The position numbers and the translations under genes were made by a program. DNA of 64,000 nt from Prorocentrum cordatum (Eukaryota), in NCBI GenBank assembly GCA_963575745.1, contig CAUYUJ010000070.1, positions 496,001-560,000 on the forward strand. The letters are read 5' to 3'. Positions within the stretch are counted from its first letter, which is position 1. Each line of letters begins with the position of its first letter. A model generated the notes under the pieces. It searched no databases, had not been told where the DNA came from, and worked only from the letters and a program-made list of their open reading frames with translations. Below are positions 1 to 13,476 of this stretch, one piece after another.

Positions 1-2000
1 CCGACAAGTATTTGCACTTCTTTGAATGTCTGGCACCACATGAAAACGCCGAAACGTTCCACCAAACACAGCTATGGCATCACGAGTCGATCACTTCGCT
101 GCAGCACCAAACTGTAGATCCTTCCCACAGGTGTCTTGACGAACGGTCGAGCCAGAAATTCGGGTATGCCCTTGCCTAGATGGTCGCGAATGCTGAGCGT
201 GCGACAATGGTCGCGGGCGTTGGTCGCGTTCCCCTCGGGCTTGCGCAGCTGCGCAGTGATCCCATCTGTGAGCTGCACGGCGCCTGCCAACTTCCATAAC
301 TCAGCCACTACGCCTCGCGGCCGAGGATGTCCACCGCCTGCTGCATCGATAGGTGGGGCTGCCTGGTGGTCCGTCACGAGGTCGATGATGTTCTGGACGT
401 CGGCGGCGGCACAGCTCAGAATATGATGGAGAGACTGAGCTCCTTGGGCGGTAGGCGGCGGCGCCATGGGCGCACGTCTGGAGGCCGGCGGGATCTCATC
501 ACATCGGAATGCGTTGAGCAGGGCCTGCTCGCGCGCGCAGTTCTCAGAATCAGCGCCCATGCAAGGCATGCCGTTGGTGCCCACCACCGTCGCCGTAGCT
601 GGGGTAGGCTTGGGAGCGATACTACCAATATGCTTGTAGCACTTCCTAGGGTCGTAAAATCCGGCGGCAGCGGTAGCTTCCTCAGCAAGCGCAGCAAATG
701 CCTGGCGTCGTTCGGCTCGGGCAGCTCGCTCTGCAATCGCACAGAGGTGTCGGGCACGTGCCTGCGCATTAAGAAATACACCTGTAGGTGCACGCTGGAC
801 AGAAAGCCAAGTAAGCAAAAATATGGCTTCCTGCTTCTGCTTAATTGAATGGCGGTCTCAGGGGTGAATGTGAAGAACGTTCGCTCTGTCCCCGACAAGA
901 GGAAGTCAGTTGCCGCCGTCGCTACTGCGCGCCCCAAGAGATCATAACATTCAGCCGGTGACCTCGCCGCCAGCTCGGGGTCAAGGGAGGCGCGGGCACG
1001 GGTCAGGCGGTCCTGGTGCCTTTGCGCGTCACTGATGTTTGTGGCCACGGGGCCTCCACTTCCTGGCACGTCAGCTTCAACTGCGGCCCAGTGCTGCCAT
1101 TCTTTGAGGGGGGCCATCAATCTTTGTCTGCCCCGTGTCGGCGCGAGCGACCTTGGCAGGCGCCTCGGAAAATGGCGGCCCACTCGCACAGAAGCATCGA
1201 TGATCACGCGGTCGCGGGCGGGGCCCAGAGACAGGGGCGCGTCGAGAATAACGCGGACAGAATATTGAGAGCCAGAGCTTCTTGATGCAGCGATATAGCC
1301 AATCCCGGTTTCACCTCGGCCGCCGGGCCCCCCCCCGCGCTGAGCTGCGCCCCCTGGCCGGCCCAAAGGCGTTGAGCGCCCGCATGCGGTGCTCGGGGGG
1401 CAGGTCACAGAGCCGCCGCCCACCGCCCACCCACTGACGACGGCATCGACCACAAGAGATCGCATACCCAACTTCGGGAAGAGAGGGTGCCAGACTGCCG
1501 CCGCAGCCCAGTACTAAGGGCGCGGCGCACCTCGTCGGTATACAGCCCAGGGCCCGATTCAAGTTGTCGAAGAATACGTCTTTGTCACGTCGGCGCGCCG
1601 CACGGGCAGCCGCGGGAATTAAACGGGCCCAGAGCCTGCCAGCGGGGGCACGACGTAGAAGTCGACGCGGGGCTTGTGCTGAACTCGGATGCCAACCAAG
1701 TTGCCCAATCGCCATCAGTGCGATACTCTGATGTCGCCTCTTGAAACGATACTCTTAGATATCAATGGCCACTCCATCCTTCAGGTGTCGGGCTGATCTA
1801 AGAGAAGGGGCGATGATGTCGTCCGCTTGATTGGGAGCATGGCTCCTTGCAGGGCAAGAACATCAACTCGGGCGTTCGCTGCGTATCTGAGGACCTCGCC
1901 CAATCTGCCAGGCATCAGCACGGCCTCGGCGTTGTAAGACCCAACATTGACAGACCCGCGCCGCGGCACGCGGTGGGAGAAGCGATGGCAGGAGCGCCAC
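1..2000 (-). mobile_element. Decayed non-LTR retrotransposon (LINE) A, 5' part: APE endonuclease and start of RT; runs off the window edge
   Basis: ORF 1781..2158 has an APE-like N-terminus (VNVGSYNAEAV...VDVLALQG). ORF 72..818 has LINE linker/RT-start motifs (DPRKCYKHI; ITAQLRKPEG...CRTLSIRDHLGK). Several frameshifts. Confidence 0.65.
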
Positions 2001-2679
2001 GCCGCGACGCGCCGCAAGCTGGCACAGTTTGCCACTGCGCCCCGGCCTTCGCATAGGACACCCTGGACCACGCTCGCCCTCTGGCGAGAATGGCCCTGCG
2101 GGCGCGGCGACGGCCCCTCGCGCCGCGCACTTGCTCGCCCCCGTCCGTCGCTGAACAATCATTGGCCCGCCGTTGGGGGCAGGTCGGGGGGGGGGGGGGG
2201 GGGCATGGATAAACGATGGCAGGAAATAAAAACGCGCGCGCGAAGAGGAATCGCCGCGACGCTAAAGACGGCGAAACGCAGAAGCGGCATCATCAGGAAG
2301 AGATCGCGAAAAAGGAGAAGCGAACAGGATGCGGAGGACAGCGCGGGCTTGGTCAGGAAGCTCTGCGCCAGGACTACCCTCGGCGCCGCGCCCAGGCGGC
2401 CGAGCCCTCCTTGCGCGCCCGCGGCAACGATCGCCGCTGCCTCGCAAGATCCCCCGGGCAGGCGCGAACCGCCCATGCACAACTGCCGCCGCTCAGGCGT
2501 CGCATTCTCCGCAGGCCCACAAGCGCGGGCATTGATCGGCCCGGCAGCGCCGCTGGCCGAACGAGGTCGGGTCGCGGCGGGCGCCGCAGTGGCACTGCCC
2601 ACGCCGCGGGCGCGCGTCGCGCCCGCCAGGCTCGAGCCAAGATGGCGACGTATGGTGGCGGGGAGGAAGAGGATGAGGA

Positions 2680-3170
2680 AGGGCGTCGTCGTCGTCGTCA
2701 CCGCCGGCGTCGTCGTCGTGCTCCTCGCCGTCGTCGTCGTCATCGCCGTCGTCGTCGCCATCGTCGTCGTCGCAGCCGCCACCGCCGTCGTCTTCCGATC
2801 AGCAAGTTGCCGTCATCCTCCTACCCCCCGTAGCCGTCGTTGCGTCATAGACACAGTCGTCCCGGTCGTCGCCGTCGTCGTCGCCACTGTCCTCTTCGAT
2901 TTCCCAGCGGTCGCCACAATCGACCCCTCAGTCGTCGCAGTCGCCGTGGCCCCTCTGGCCCTCCCCGCATTCGCCATAGCATTCGTCCCCGTAGTCCTGA
3001 TCGCCCTCCCCGTAGTCGTCGCGCTCGTCGCAGTCGCCTTCGCGCAACAGTCGTCGCCCGATCGAACTCTCAGTCGAGTCGCCGTCGCCTCGTAGTAATC
3101 ACAGCCGTCGTCGTTTCAGCGGTCATCCTCGCCGAGTCGCTGTCGTCGTCGTCGCCGCGATCGTCGTCGC
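2680..3170. repeat. Degenerate (GTC/CGT)n low-complexity tract
   Basis: Runs of gtcgtcgtc/gccgtc are directly visible. Confidence 0.85.
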
Positions 3171-4299
3171 GCCCTCTGTTGTTCCCCCGCCTCCCTTCCT
3201 GAAATTCCAAATCCCGTCAGCGCGCGCCCAGGGCGCGCCGCACGTGGACTACCCTGCACGCCCCCCCCCCCGCGCGCCCAGGGCGGGGTCTACTGGCAAC
3301 GCCCCCGCCGTCTCCCAAGGACACAAAAATGCGTGACACCCAGAGGGGGGGCGGGGGGGTCTACGCGCAACGATGGGCGCCTGTTCTGCAGCCAGCGCGC
3401 GCGGTTCCGAGGGCGGCAGCCTCGCGCCCACACGCGCGCGCGCGGCGAGGAGCTGGCAATTGCATGGAATATAAGTCGTAGCACAAAGCGCCATTCAACG
3501 AGCGGCGACAGGGGAGCGCTCACGTCATCCAACAGCTGTGAGCGAGCGAGCCCACCCTCTCCCATCACCCCCCCCCTCAAGTCAGCTCTCCGCCCCCCCC
3601 CCCCTCCTCGCCCTCATCATCGCTCTTCCTTCCTCCTTGCCCCCGCCCCTTTCATTCGTTCCTGCTTGCGTTCACGTGATATCGGCTCGTCGTCGCGCGT
3701 GCCCCTGCCCTCTCCCCCCGCCCCCCCCCCCCCCCGCCCCCCCGCGCCGCGGCAGCGGCATTTCCACTAGCGTCGAACTCGCGCGACCCGTGGAAGCCAG
3801 CGGCCACGAGCGGGCGCGAAAAAGCAAGGCAGGCGGCGGGCGGGGGGGGCGCTCTCTCAGCGCCAGCTTCTCCCTTCCTCCTTCCTGCTCTGCCCCCCCC
3901 CCCTCGCCCGCCCCCCCCCCCCCGCCCCCCCCCCTCCCCCCCCACCCCCCACCCCACCCCGCCCCACCCCACGCGACCACCACCACCACCACCACCACCA
4001 CCACCACCACCACCACGCGCGCCCCTGAGCGGGGCTCGGGGCCTCCGCCCCCCGACCGCTGGAGCCGCAGCCCCTGCCCTCGCGCCGGGCGCGGGCGGCG
4101 AGCGAGCTCGGGCGAGACAGCCGCGCGCGCGCCACAGCGAGACAGCGGGCGAGGAGGACACGGACAAGGGGAAGGGAGAGGAGGAGGAGGAGGAAACGAG
4201 GATAAGTTGAACGGAGAGGAGCAGGAGGCAAAATGATACACTAGCCGAGTAGAGGAGGAGGGGAAGAAGAGGAGCTCTGCAGCGCAGAAGACTCGAGCC

Positions 4300-7200
4300 A
4301 AGCCAGCAATGCAGAAGGCTCGAGCAAGTGAGCCAGACGTTTGCCTTGATCGGCATTGCGTTCCGCCTCTCCAGCTCGTCGTTGGCGATGACGTGAAATT
4401 CGGGCTCGGCGCGAGCCAGAATATCTTGTTCGCGGCAATCACGATACACATGAATCAATCTCCCACCTGTTTTCAATCGAAGGCCATATAAGAGCCACGG
4501 TTTCATTCTGAACTTGCACGCGTGGTATGTCAAAGCGTTCTTACCTGTGCCCACGGTGCAATGCTTGACGCATGCGAGGCCTGTTCCGTCCACGTGGTCG
4601 AGGCAGCGCGCTTCCCAACCAACGCAGACATCCTTCTCGCGCATCTCCGGCAACGTCCATGGACCGAACTCAGCACGTGGTAACTTGACCGCTGGGACTG
4701 GGCTTGGCCCCGCCTTTGCTACGCCAACCTCGCCAGCCTCAGCCATCTCCCTGCGGGGTTCGTCGTCGCCCGCGCCAGGAGCACCGCCAGCGCCATGAGG
4801 AGTGGCCGGCCCTGCATCTGGATGCGGCGGAACATCATCAGGATCCGAGCCACCAACAGGATGGCCTGCAGCCTTGGCCATCGCACATGCCTTGGCCTTG
4901 GCCGTCGCAAGTGCCTTCCCCACCCCCCCTTTGGCGAACTTGCCTCTGATGACGGGCTTGAGCTCATTCTTCTCTAGGTGCTTTGCAAGCGCAGCCGCTC
5001 GCCGAACAGAGCGCTGCTCATGCATACGTCTCGTCCACTTCTCTTTCAAGGTCTTCCGAAGGGCTTGGATCTCGCTGCAGCAATGAGAATCGCGCGCCAT
5101 AATATCATCAAGCATGTCGAGGTAGTCCTCGCCGAGTTCGTCCGCGCCTGAGTTGCCGTGGATAGATGTCTTGAAAGCGGCATGGCACTTCGAGACGAGG
5201 TCAGGCGTCGGCCCAAACACCGGTTCGATCAGCTTCTCGCGCGCCTTCAGCGCATTGGTCTTTGCATGGGCCCAAGTCCATCGCGTCTGCGGTGCTGCTC
5301 GTGCGGCCCAAGGCGAGGGGCGAGCGCGAAAGCAGCGACGCTGCCAAGGGCGCCACGGCGGCCTCTAGCGCAAGGAGAACCCTGCCATCCCCAACAACGC
5401 AGGGCACCTCGGATATGTTCAAGACCTCGTGCTCTGAGGGTTTAGTCCAGAAGTAATCGTGGAACGCATGCCTAGCGGCACGCATCCTGAAGCACTGCAG
5501 GTCGCCTGTTGCTCCTCCGACAGATGTCGCGCACAAAGAGGCTCCACAGCTGCTGGCTAATGACAACCATGTGCGAGTTCGACAGCACATGAACCAGCGT
5601 GGAAACCTCTGGCTCCGTCCTACCATGCCACGCACTTAGCAAAACAGGTTTGGGTGACGGCAACCTAGCACAGAGTGAAAGCCAGTTCCAAGCCGAGCAT
5701 GTCTTCGCGTACGATTGTCCATTCGGCGAGCTGCACTCGCGGCCTCCATGCAAGATGAGCCGAAGCCGACGTGGCAGATTTTCGGGGTCCTTCCTGGGTT
5801 CGCGATCAAGGGAGCGCATCATATCATGATGGCAAATGTCGGTGGCCACCTCTGCATCGCTCAACTGCAATGTTGCCATGCTCCGTGGACCGGCTATGTT
5901 GTGCCCCTGCTGTGCGCTATAGACCTGCCCTCGTCTCTGGCGCGCTGGTGAACGCCCGCTGGCCCTTTCGGGTCTGGCCAGCGCTGCGCGGCCGCACTCG
6001 CCGTGCGAACGAAGCCATCCTGGACGTCGAGGTCGGCCTTCAGCCCCCGCCCATTCTGGCCCAGAGCCAATCGGCTGATCGGCCACATCAGCCAGGAGAT
6101 GTCACCCAAGAGCTGCTTCGAACCAGGCATTGGAATTGCGCGATTCTCAGCCAAGAGAACGATGCGCCAATCGAGGTCGATGATTTGCCACGCAGCACTC
6201 CGCTCGCCAGCAGACATCGCCTCTCCGAGCGCCGTCCTGAATGTAGCTTGATTGCAAAACAAATATGGCGAGATAGAATAAAAATAGTTTGAACCCGAAC
6301 GCCTCCATGAAGCGCGACTTCCGTTCTGCTGATGCAGTGCCGCTCAGCAGCCCCATCGCGCAGATGAGCTCCACGTTGTTCATGAAATGTGCGACGGCGT
6401 CCTTGAACTCGCCGCGCCACAAGCCCATCTGCACGTTTAAATCGAAGCGCTGTCCGTCATATATGGTTTTGACGCGAGTCGCTCGGAAGCTGCATTGTTT
6501 TCTCTGGGCAGTAGAGGCTACGCAGAATACAGAGAGTGCGTCGACGACCTGCTCGTTAATCAATGTTTACGCTCGCTTGATGGTCCCTACCTGCTCCCCA
6601 GTCTCCTTCTGCACGTCACCGTCGATGGCTGTTTTGGTTGCGCCTGCGCTCGCGATGGCAGAGCGCCCGCCCCCTCTGCCATGTTCATCTGCCATTAGCT
6701 TCAGCATGGCCCGAAGGCGCCAGATCTCACGCCGGCACCACTTCCGGCAGTCATTGATGGACAGAAACCGCATCAAGTTTAGATGAGGCCCCACCTGATT
6801 GCAACTCCTGATTGTAGCCACCCTGGGGCACATAGCGCCCGAGCCAGAAGATATAGCTGAGTCGATGCCCATCACCTCGCCGAACCCACTAGCGAAGTCC
6901 GAGGACTCCATCGGGCCATCGCCGCGCATCTGGCCCCATCGACGGCGCGCGCCCCGAGGGGCGCAGCATGGCACAAATACCCCCCCCCCCAAAAAAAAAG
7001 GTAGATGGGGGGGCGAAGAGGAATCGGGGGAGGAGGGGGAGTTCTTGCTGCACCCCCCCGCCCCCCGGGCTCGGCGCGGCCATCTGGGAGGAGGGGCGAG
7101 GGGTTGGAGGGCGAGGAAGGCGGAGGGGGAGGGGGGGACAGCAGAGGGGATTGGCCACCGAGCTTCGCGCAGCACAAACATACCAAACCCAACCCCGCAT

Positions 7201-7900
7201 CAATTCCTGATAACAATTCCCTGCCGGCGATCCTCGGTCCTTTTACAAGCCGAACCACCGGCCCGACCGATCGGGGCCTGCGCTCATGCTGCAGATCTTG
7301 ACAAACTCGATCACTTTTGTCCGCATCTAGCCCTTGCCCCGCCCAGACCATGGCCCTGCTTGTGTTTGCGCTGTTCTCGATCGCGCTCCACATCGCATGC
7401 GTCGGGTCGAAACAAGGCACGAACAAATAATTGTCGCTTCTGGCCCTGCGCAGCAACGATGAATTCACCGAGCTCCGACCCGTCGCGCGAGAGACTGCCT
7501 TGAAAGGTTCTTGCCAACATTCACTCGGTATTTCCACTGATGCTGCGCCGCGATCGGCGTCGAAAAAAAACGCACGCCGTCGGCCCACGCGAGTCGCGTC
7601 TCACCTTCCACGGCAGGGCGAAGTCTGAGGCTGAGCGGGACTCGGAACTCTCCCACCTTGATCCCTGTGAGCCGGCGCAGCTCGGTCAAGACCAAGCACG
7701 CGCTGTGGATAGCCGATTCACGGCCCAGCTTGTCGCAGACCCACACTTGGTTTAGCTCGGGGTCGTCTGCGGCAAATTGCAAGTCGACCTTCTGTCGAAT
7801 CGCCTTGGGCGCACGGGCGGCTGCAAATCTCGTGCGAGGCGGCCCATGGGGACCAGGGGCACTAAACCCCCTTTGCGCCTGCCCCTCATGACGAGATCGA
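4300..7900 (-). pseudogene. Frameshifted, intronless protein-coding remnant of unknown function, probably transposon-derived
   Basis: Consecutive minus-strand ORF pieces (7465..8121, 6872..7588, 6147..6563, 5894..6262, 5201..5635, N-terminal part of 3652..5220) have globular-protein-like composition. They end in a Cys/His cluster (GWEARCLDH...CVKHC...HACKFRMKPWL). No family recognised. Confidence 0.4.
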
Positions 7901-10900
7901 CGGAGACTCGCCTTGAAGACCTGTACCGACATGGCTGACCCCTGGGGGAGGGGGGGCGAGGGGGGGGGGCCGAGGGTCGAGCCCAGGTGGGCGGCGCCTG
8001 CAGGGGAAAGCTGAGGGGAGATCAAAGATAGATCGCCAAAACCCCACCTCACCTCAAACAAAACCCTGATAGAAAAAAAACCTGGGGATATTTTCCCATC
8101 GCATTTAAAAGATTGTCCCATCGCGGCTTTACGACCAGACCCCCAACAAATCCGCTATTTCCCAGGCCCCCAACACACCTAACCCCCTCCTCCCCTCACG
8201 CGTATCTGACGATTCCCCGCTGGAGAGCCTTAGCCCCCCATTGCCTACGTCCAGCAGCCACGGGGCTGCTCGGGCGCCGCCCGAGATCTGTCGCCGCCCA
8301 CACCTGAAGGTTCATGCCCCCCGCGACGGGGTCCTCCACGACAGTCAGGGCGACCAGGCCTATGCTGTGGCTCCGCCTTGAATGACCCCCAGGGTCCCAA
8401 GCCATTGCCAAGGTCGCCGAACCACCCACCGATGGCACGTTTCATCTTCTGTCTGCGCAACGACGCCATCGCGTGCGAGATTATGCTGTCAAGGCTCTAG
8501 TCGCCGATGACTGCGGCCAGAGTCTGATTGGACGAGCCGTCGACCTCCCTTGCCCTCCGCACGGCAGCTGCTACGGCCTGAGGGTCGAGCTTCCGTCGAC
8601 GCTTTTTGCATCGCAGCTCTTGCAGCCGATCTGGCACTTCAGGGTTCAGCGGCGGCGCGCGCCTGCACGAGGCGAAGGCATCCAGGCCCATGGCAAGCAC
8701 GCGGCAACAAAAGTGTGGGACTGACGCAGCACCTCGCTCACAACGTCGCCGTGACTCTCCTACCCGCGATGAATGTGCAAGGGGAAAACAACAACACATT
8801 CGCGACTGAGTTTGCAGCGCCGGGAAATCTAAGAACGCCGCGCCATCAACGAAATCAGACCATCAACGAAATCAGACCATCACTTGGCAAAGCATCGGCT
8901 AGCAGCGACATCGCCCCAGCCATGGATCAGCCCCGCGTGGAGGTCCAGCTGAAGACGGCCTGGAGGCAGTCTGCCAGCGAAATGAGCCATAACTGCGAAA
9001 GCGCCGTTGGTCGGAATTCATTGCAACCCATGGACCGAGAACTCGAGCAATTGCCTGGCCCCGCGCAAGCGAGGTCAGCGCCCGCTATCGCTGATGACCG
9101 AACTTGTACAAGAACCATGCGAGCTGCAAGTCCGTTCTCAACGCGGCACTCGACACGACGCCGCCGCCGCCGCAGTCAAACGAGTCGCCCCCGAGGCCGC
9201 GCGCTGAATCAAGGTTCTCGAACAGCGTCTTTCGCCTTTCCGACTTGCGCAAGGAAGCGAACACCCCGACGCGGAGCTCGGCCAACCAATGTTCTTGCAG
9301 CCAGCAAAGCGACTTGCCAATACTAGCATTATTTAATTGATTCACTGAAAAACCGCCGTCTGCAAGCCTCCTTATACGCATCGTCAGTGGCGCTGCTCGA
9401 TCCCAAATCAGAGACGCGGGCCCCCTGCCCCCCTCGCCCCACGCGGCCGCCGCCCATCGCGCGCAGAAGCCCGCTCGCAACATGCCCGCGACGCGCCTGC
9501 CTGGATCGGGCGCCTCGGGCTCGAGCCAACGTGGCTAGCCAGGAGGGGCGGTGGGGGGTGCGCGGGAGCGAAGGGGGCTCGGAGGAGGATGGCGCTTAGT
9601 TTGTTGTTGCGTCGTTGAAAGCGTTCGTTTGTTTTGCGCGCTTGCCCCGAATCGACGCTGATTTGTCGTTGGCATTCCGTTTTCTGCAATGCTACCGGCT
9701 TCTGTCTGGAGGAGGGGCGCCGGGAAGGGCTGGGGCGGGGGGGCAGGCGGATCGGGCGCGGGGAATGCCGGAGAGGATAAGGGGGGCGGCAACGACTGGC
9801 GGCGGCGGGCGCTGGACGTCCCACGACCCCTACGCTCGCCAGAAATCAACTCACCGAAACGCGCGCAACAAGAAGTAGGCAGGCAAAACACCACCGCTGC
9901 CTGCCCTGCATACTTCACGCGACACATCCAAGAGGCACTGGGGGGACAAGCGAGGGGCGAACCATGGCAAACCATCGCGGGTGGCTCAACGGCCCCGCAA
10001 CTGGCAGCCGATCTTGGGCCGTCGATTAGAAGGCGCCGTGCCCCTGGGGCTGAGGCGAGAGCGGGATCGCGAAGATGGGTGGGCGGCCTGAATGGAAGCG
10101 CGAAAGACAGGCAGCAGCGCCCTCCTCGGCTACGCGACGACGCGCGCGGCATCGATGGAAGCGCGGCTGATTATGCAAGGTATGAGAAGCAAAGAAATAG
10201 ACGCAACAACCCTGTGCGACGGTCACGTTCGCTGGCCACTTGCGCACCCGAAAACCCTTCGCGCGCACAATCGCCGATTGTCATCGTGCCCGCGCGCCGA
10301 GGTTTCACCGGATGGCCGCGCAGGCGGCCGCCGAGGGCGGAATGGCAAAATGGGCGGCTGGCTCTGAATATTGGTCGCAATGGCGTGTCTGTGATGTGGC
10401 GTGTACTACAATACAGTTATACGTGTCCCTATGTATACTGTTGCATGTGTCCTCGATTATAAACTGTCACCCCTGCCAGCAGCTTAGGCTATCCAGCGGC
10501 AACTCAAGCGGCAGCGCCCTCCTCGCCATCGTCAGTCCCCTGTTTCCTAAGCTCAGGGCCATCGGCGATGGCAGGCGGCTCGGGCCGCGCTACTAGCAGG
10601 GAGCTCCTGGCTGCCAGCTGCGAGAGCTCCATCAAGGCCTCGGGGTTAAACCCCAAGCGACGCTCAGGCGCGCGCTTCAGGCCGCTGCCCTGACACGGAA
10701 TGAAAGCCTGGAGCGCGGCCCAGCCAAGCGCCGCAGCAATGCCACTGTCGCCCGCGCTAACCGCGGCGCCACTGGCCTCGCCATTGCCGCCGGGGCCCTG
10801 CCCATCATCGAACAGCTCGCTCTCGAACTCTCCCTGACTCGCGATCGCATCATTCTTGCGCGGGGTGACCTTCTTGGGGTCCTTCTTCGCTGGTTGCCAT

Positions 10901-12230
10901 GCGTGGGCCCTCGTGGATGCAGCCTGCGGGGTCGTCATTCCGCCAGCAACTTGGCGCGGGCTCTGCAGGTCGACGCCTGCAGCCAGGCGCCGACTCGCGG
11001 GCGCGATGCTGACGGGGGAGCCCCGGCGGATCGCAAACGCGGCAGCGTTCAAAAGGTCAGCGGCAAGGTCGTTCAGGCAGGTAGGCGACCGCAGTTCGGG
11101 CGATCTCGGCGGCGATGGCCCCCCTCATCTCGCCCATGGATTTCGCGGGTAAAGTCCTTGATCCTCGCCCCGGGGCCGAGGTCGCTCGCGACGAACACCG
11201 GCTCGCCCACGGCGTCGTCGCAGATGTTCGAGGGCAGGATGGGCGAGGAGCGCTCGTTGCAGTAACCCTGCAAGCTCTGGATCTTAATTCTGCGCGGGAG
11301 GGCAACCCTAGGGTGGAACTTCCACGCGCCGCCATGGCACCGATAGCCCGTGCTGGTCTGGTTCTCGTCGCCGAAGATGACGACGGGGCCAGATGCCGAA
11401 TCGCCGCGCAGAGCAGGGCGCTGGCAAGATGGGCGTTCGCAGCCAATCCACGAGACTACAGGTCCGCCAATCAACGCGTCAAAGTGAAAGAACCTCGGGT
11501 CTCAGGCCAACACGCCCATTGAAAAACGATGAAAAGCCAAGGAATGCGTCGGGTGGACTGCCCGCCAAGGCCCTGGGGAGGAGGAGGGAGGGTGGAAGGG
11601 GCGCGGCTGGAGGAGGAGCACAGGCTGTGGGGGGAGGAGGAGGAGGAGGAGGAGGAGGAGGAGGAGGAGGGCGCAGACGGGGACGAGGCTGAAGAGGGCG
11701 GAGCAGGGCGAGGCGCCCCCAGGGGCCCACGGGGCGTCACGTCCAGAGGGGGGGGGGGTCTGACCGCAACGCCTTTGCCGTTCCCCGAGGACACGGGGGG
11801 GTCGTTGCACCTAGAGGGGGGGGGGCCTGCTTGTCACGGCGTTGCCCCCTGCGTCGCATGCACCCCGTGCTTCGTCGTCGTTTCCAATGATTCGTCGCCA
11901 TCGCGTGGTCGACGCTTTCGACACGGTTGAGCAACGTCTGAAGCTGGGGCCAGCCTAACGCGCAAATGCGGACGGGGGTCGAAACGGGGGGGGGGGGGGG
12001 GGGGGCGAGCACGACGGGGAAGCGAGGAGGGACACGGATGGGGGAAGGTCAGAAGGCGGCACTGTGCACTCCTCAAGCAAGCCCCCCATCAGGGTAACAT
12101 GAGCCCCTCGGCACCCTCGTAGTTTATTTCTGGATGGGGGGGGGGTCCCCCAGTGAATTTGCGCCGCGCCCGAGGGGCGTCAGAAACGGGCCCAACAAAA
12201 GCCGAGATGTTCTGGGCACTGGGCAGCGGT

Positions 12231-12265
12231 TTATATATATATATATTTTAATAAATTAGTTTCTT

Positions 12266-12305
<40 letters not shown>

Positions 12306-12310
12306 TATAA
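12231..12310. repeat. (TA)n microsatellite / AT-rich island
   Basis: Two tatata runs flank ttttaataaattagtttctttac in an otherwise GC-rich region. Confidence 0.9.
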
Positions 12311-13476
12311 TCTCCCTCCTCATTTTTACTCCCCCCCCCCCCCTCGCCCTCCACGGCGCGCGAATGAGTTGCGGTGACAAATTGTAAGCACGAGCAGCCG
12401 TCGACCGATGCCACCATGATCTAGAGCAACCTTGTACTGGGCCATATTTCACAAGCAGGGCACACATGCACGCCGCCGCAGTCGCAGCTAATCGCGGCGC
12501 TTAAAACTCGGGGGTCTGCTACCCAATATTTTACCATGCGATTGCGGTGCCATTCAACTTGAAATCGCCACGTCCAATCGGAGCTGGCTGGACGCAGACT
12601 GTCTGCCCGAAGACGGGGGGGGCGTGGAGGAAGATGCGGAGGAGGCACCAGCGGGGGGGGGATGGGGGGGCTCGGACGACGAGGGGGGAGAGGAGGAGGC
12701 GGAGGAGGAAGAAGAAGAAGACTGCGCAACAACCCCTCATCCCCCACGTCCCCCACCCACATTCGCCATCGTCGCCCCCCTCATCTTCTTCCAGCTTGAA
12801 CTCCTATAACGCGGCGCCAAGCTCCCCCCCCCTTCCTTTCCTGCACATTTCCGGACCAACCCTCCTGCCCGACCCGATCCAATCACGGAAAGGCAGGCGC
12901 AGGTAGCGCCCAAACTGGGCTTGCAATCGGCCGCTCAATCGGACTCCGAGCTGCTCAGACCCACGCCTCATCATCATTTGCATCAGCCACTGCCACTGGG
13001 ACACGCGGCTGCGGCGGCAGCGCGACGATGCCGCGGAACCTTTCAGGGTAGCCGAGATCCAGCGCCGGCTACATCGCCGCGAACACATCGAGGCGCCCAC
13101 ACGAGATGTCCTTGCGCACCGTGTGATCCTGGCGGGTGAGCTTAGACTGCGCGTGGATCTTGGCGCGGACGACGCCACTGTTGAGGTCGGCGCCGAAGAC
13201 CTCGACCTTGAAGTCCGGCGTCAGCCTTGGGCCGAAGAAGAAAAGGGCGACGATGATGACCTCGGGGGCCCCCACCCACGGCGCATGGGGAAGAAGTCGG
13301 GGGCCATCGCTTCGAGGAGGCTTCTGCGAAACGTGACAGGCAACCAATTATTGTGGAAGCCGCTGGTGCCCATGTAGAAGTTGCGTCTGCCGACGGGGGC
13401 GAGGTCGCCCACGCGAGCAGGAAGGGCGCCGCATCTCGGATTCTTCACATTCGACGGCCTGGCGCAAGGGGTCACT

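Noticed and set aside
8200..11500. Scattered ORFs as genes
   Set aside because: No recognisable motifs or consistent codon bias; probably decayed repeats.
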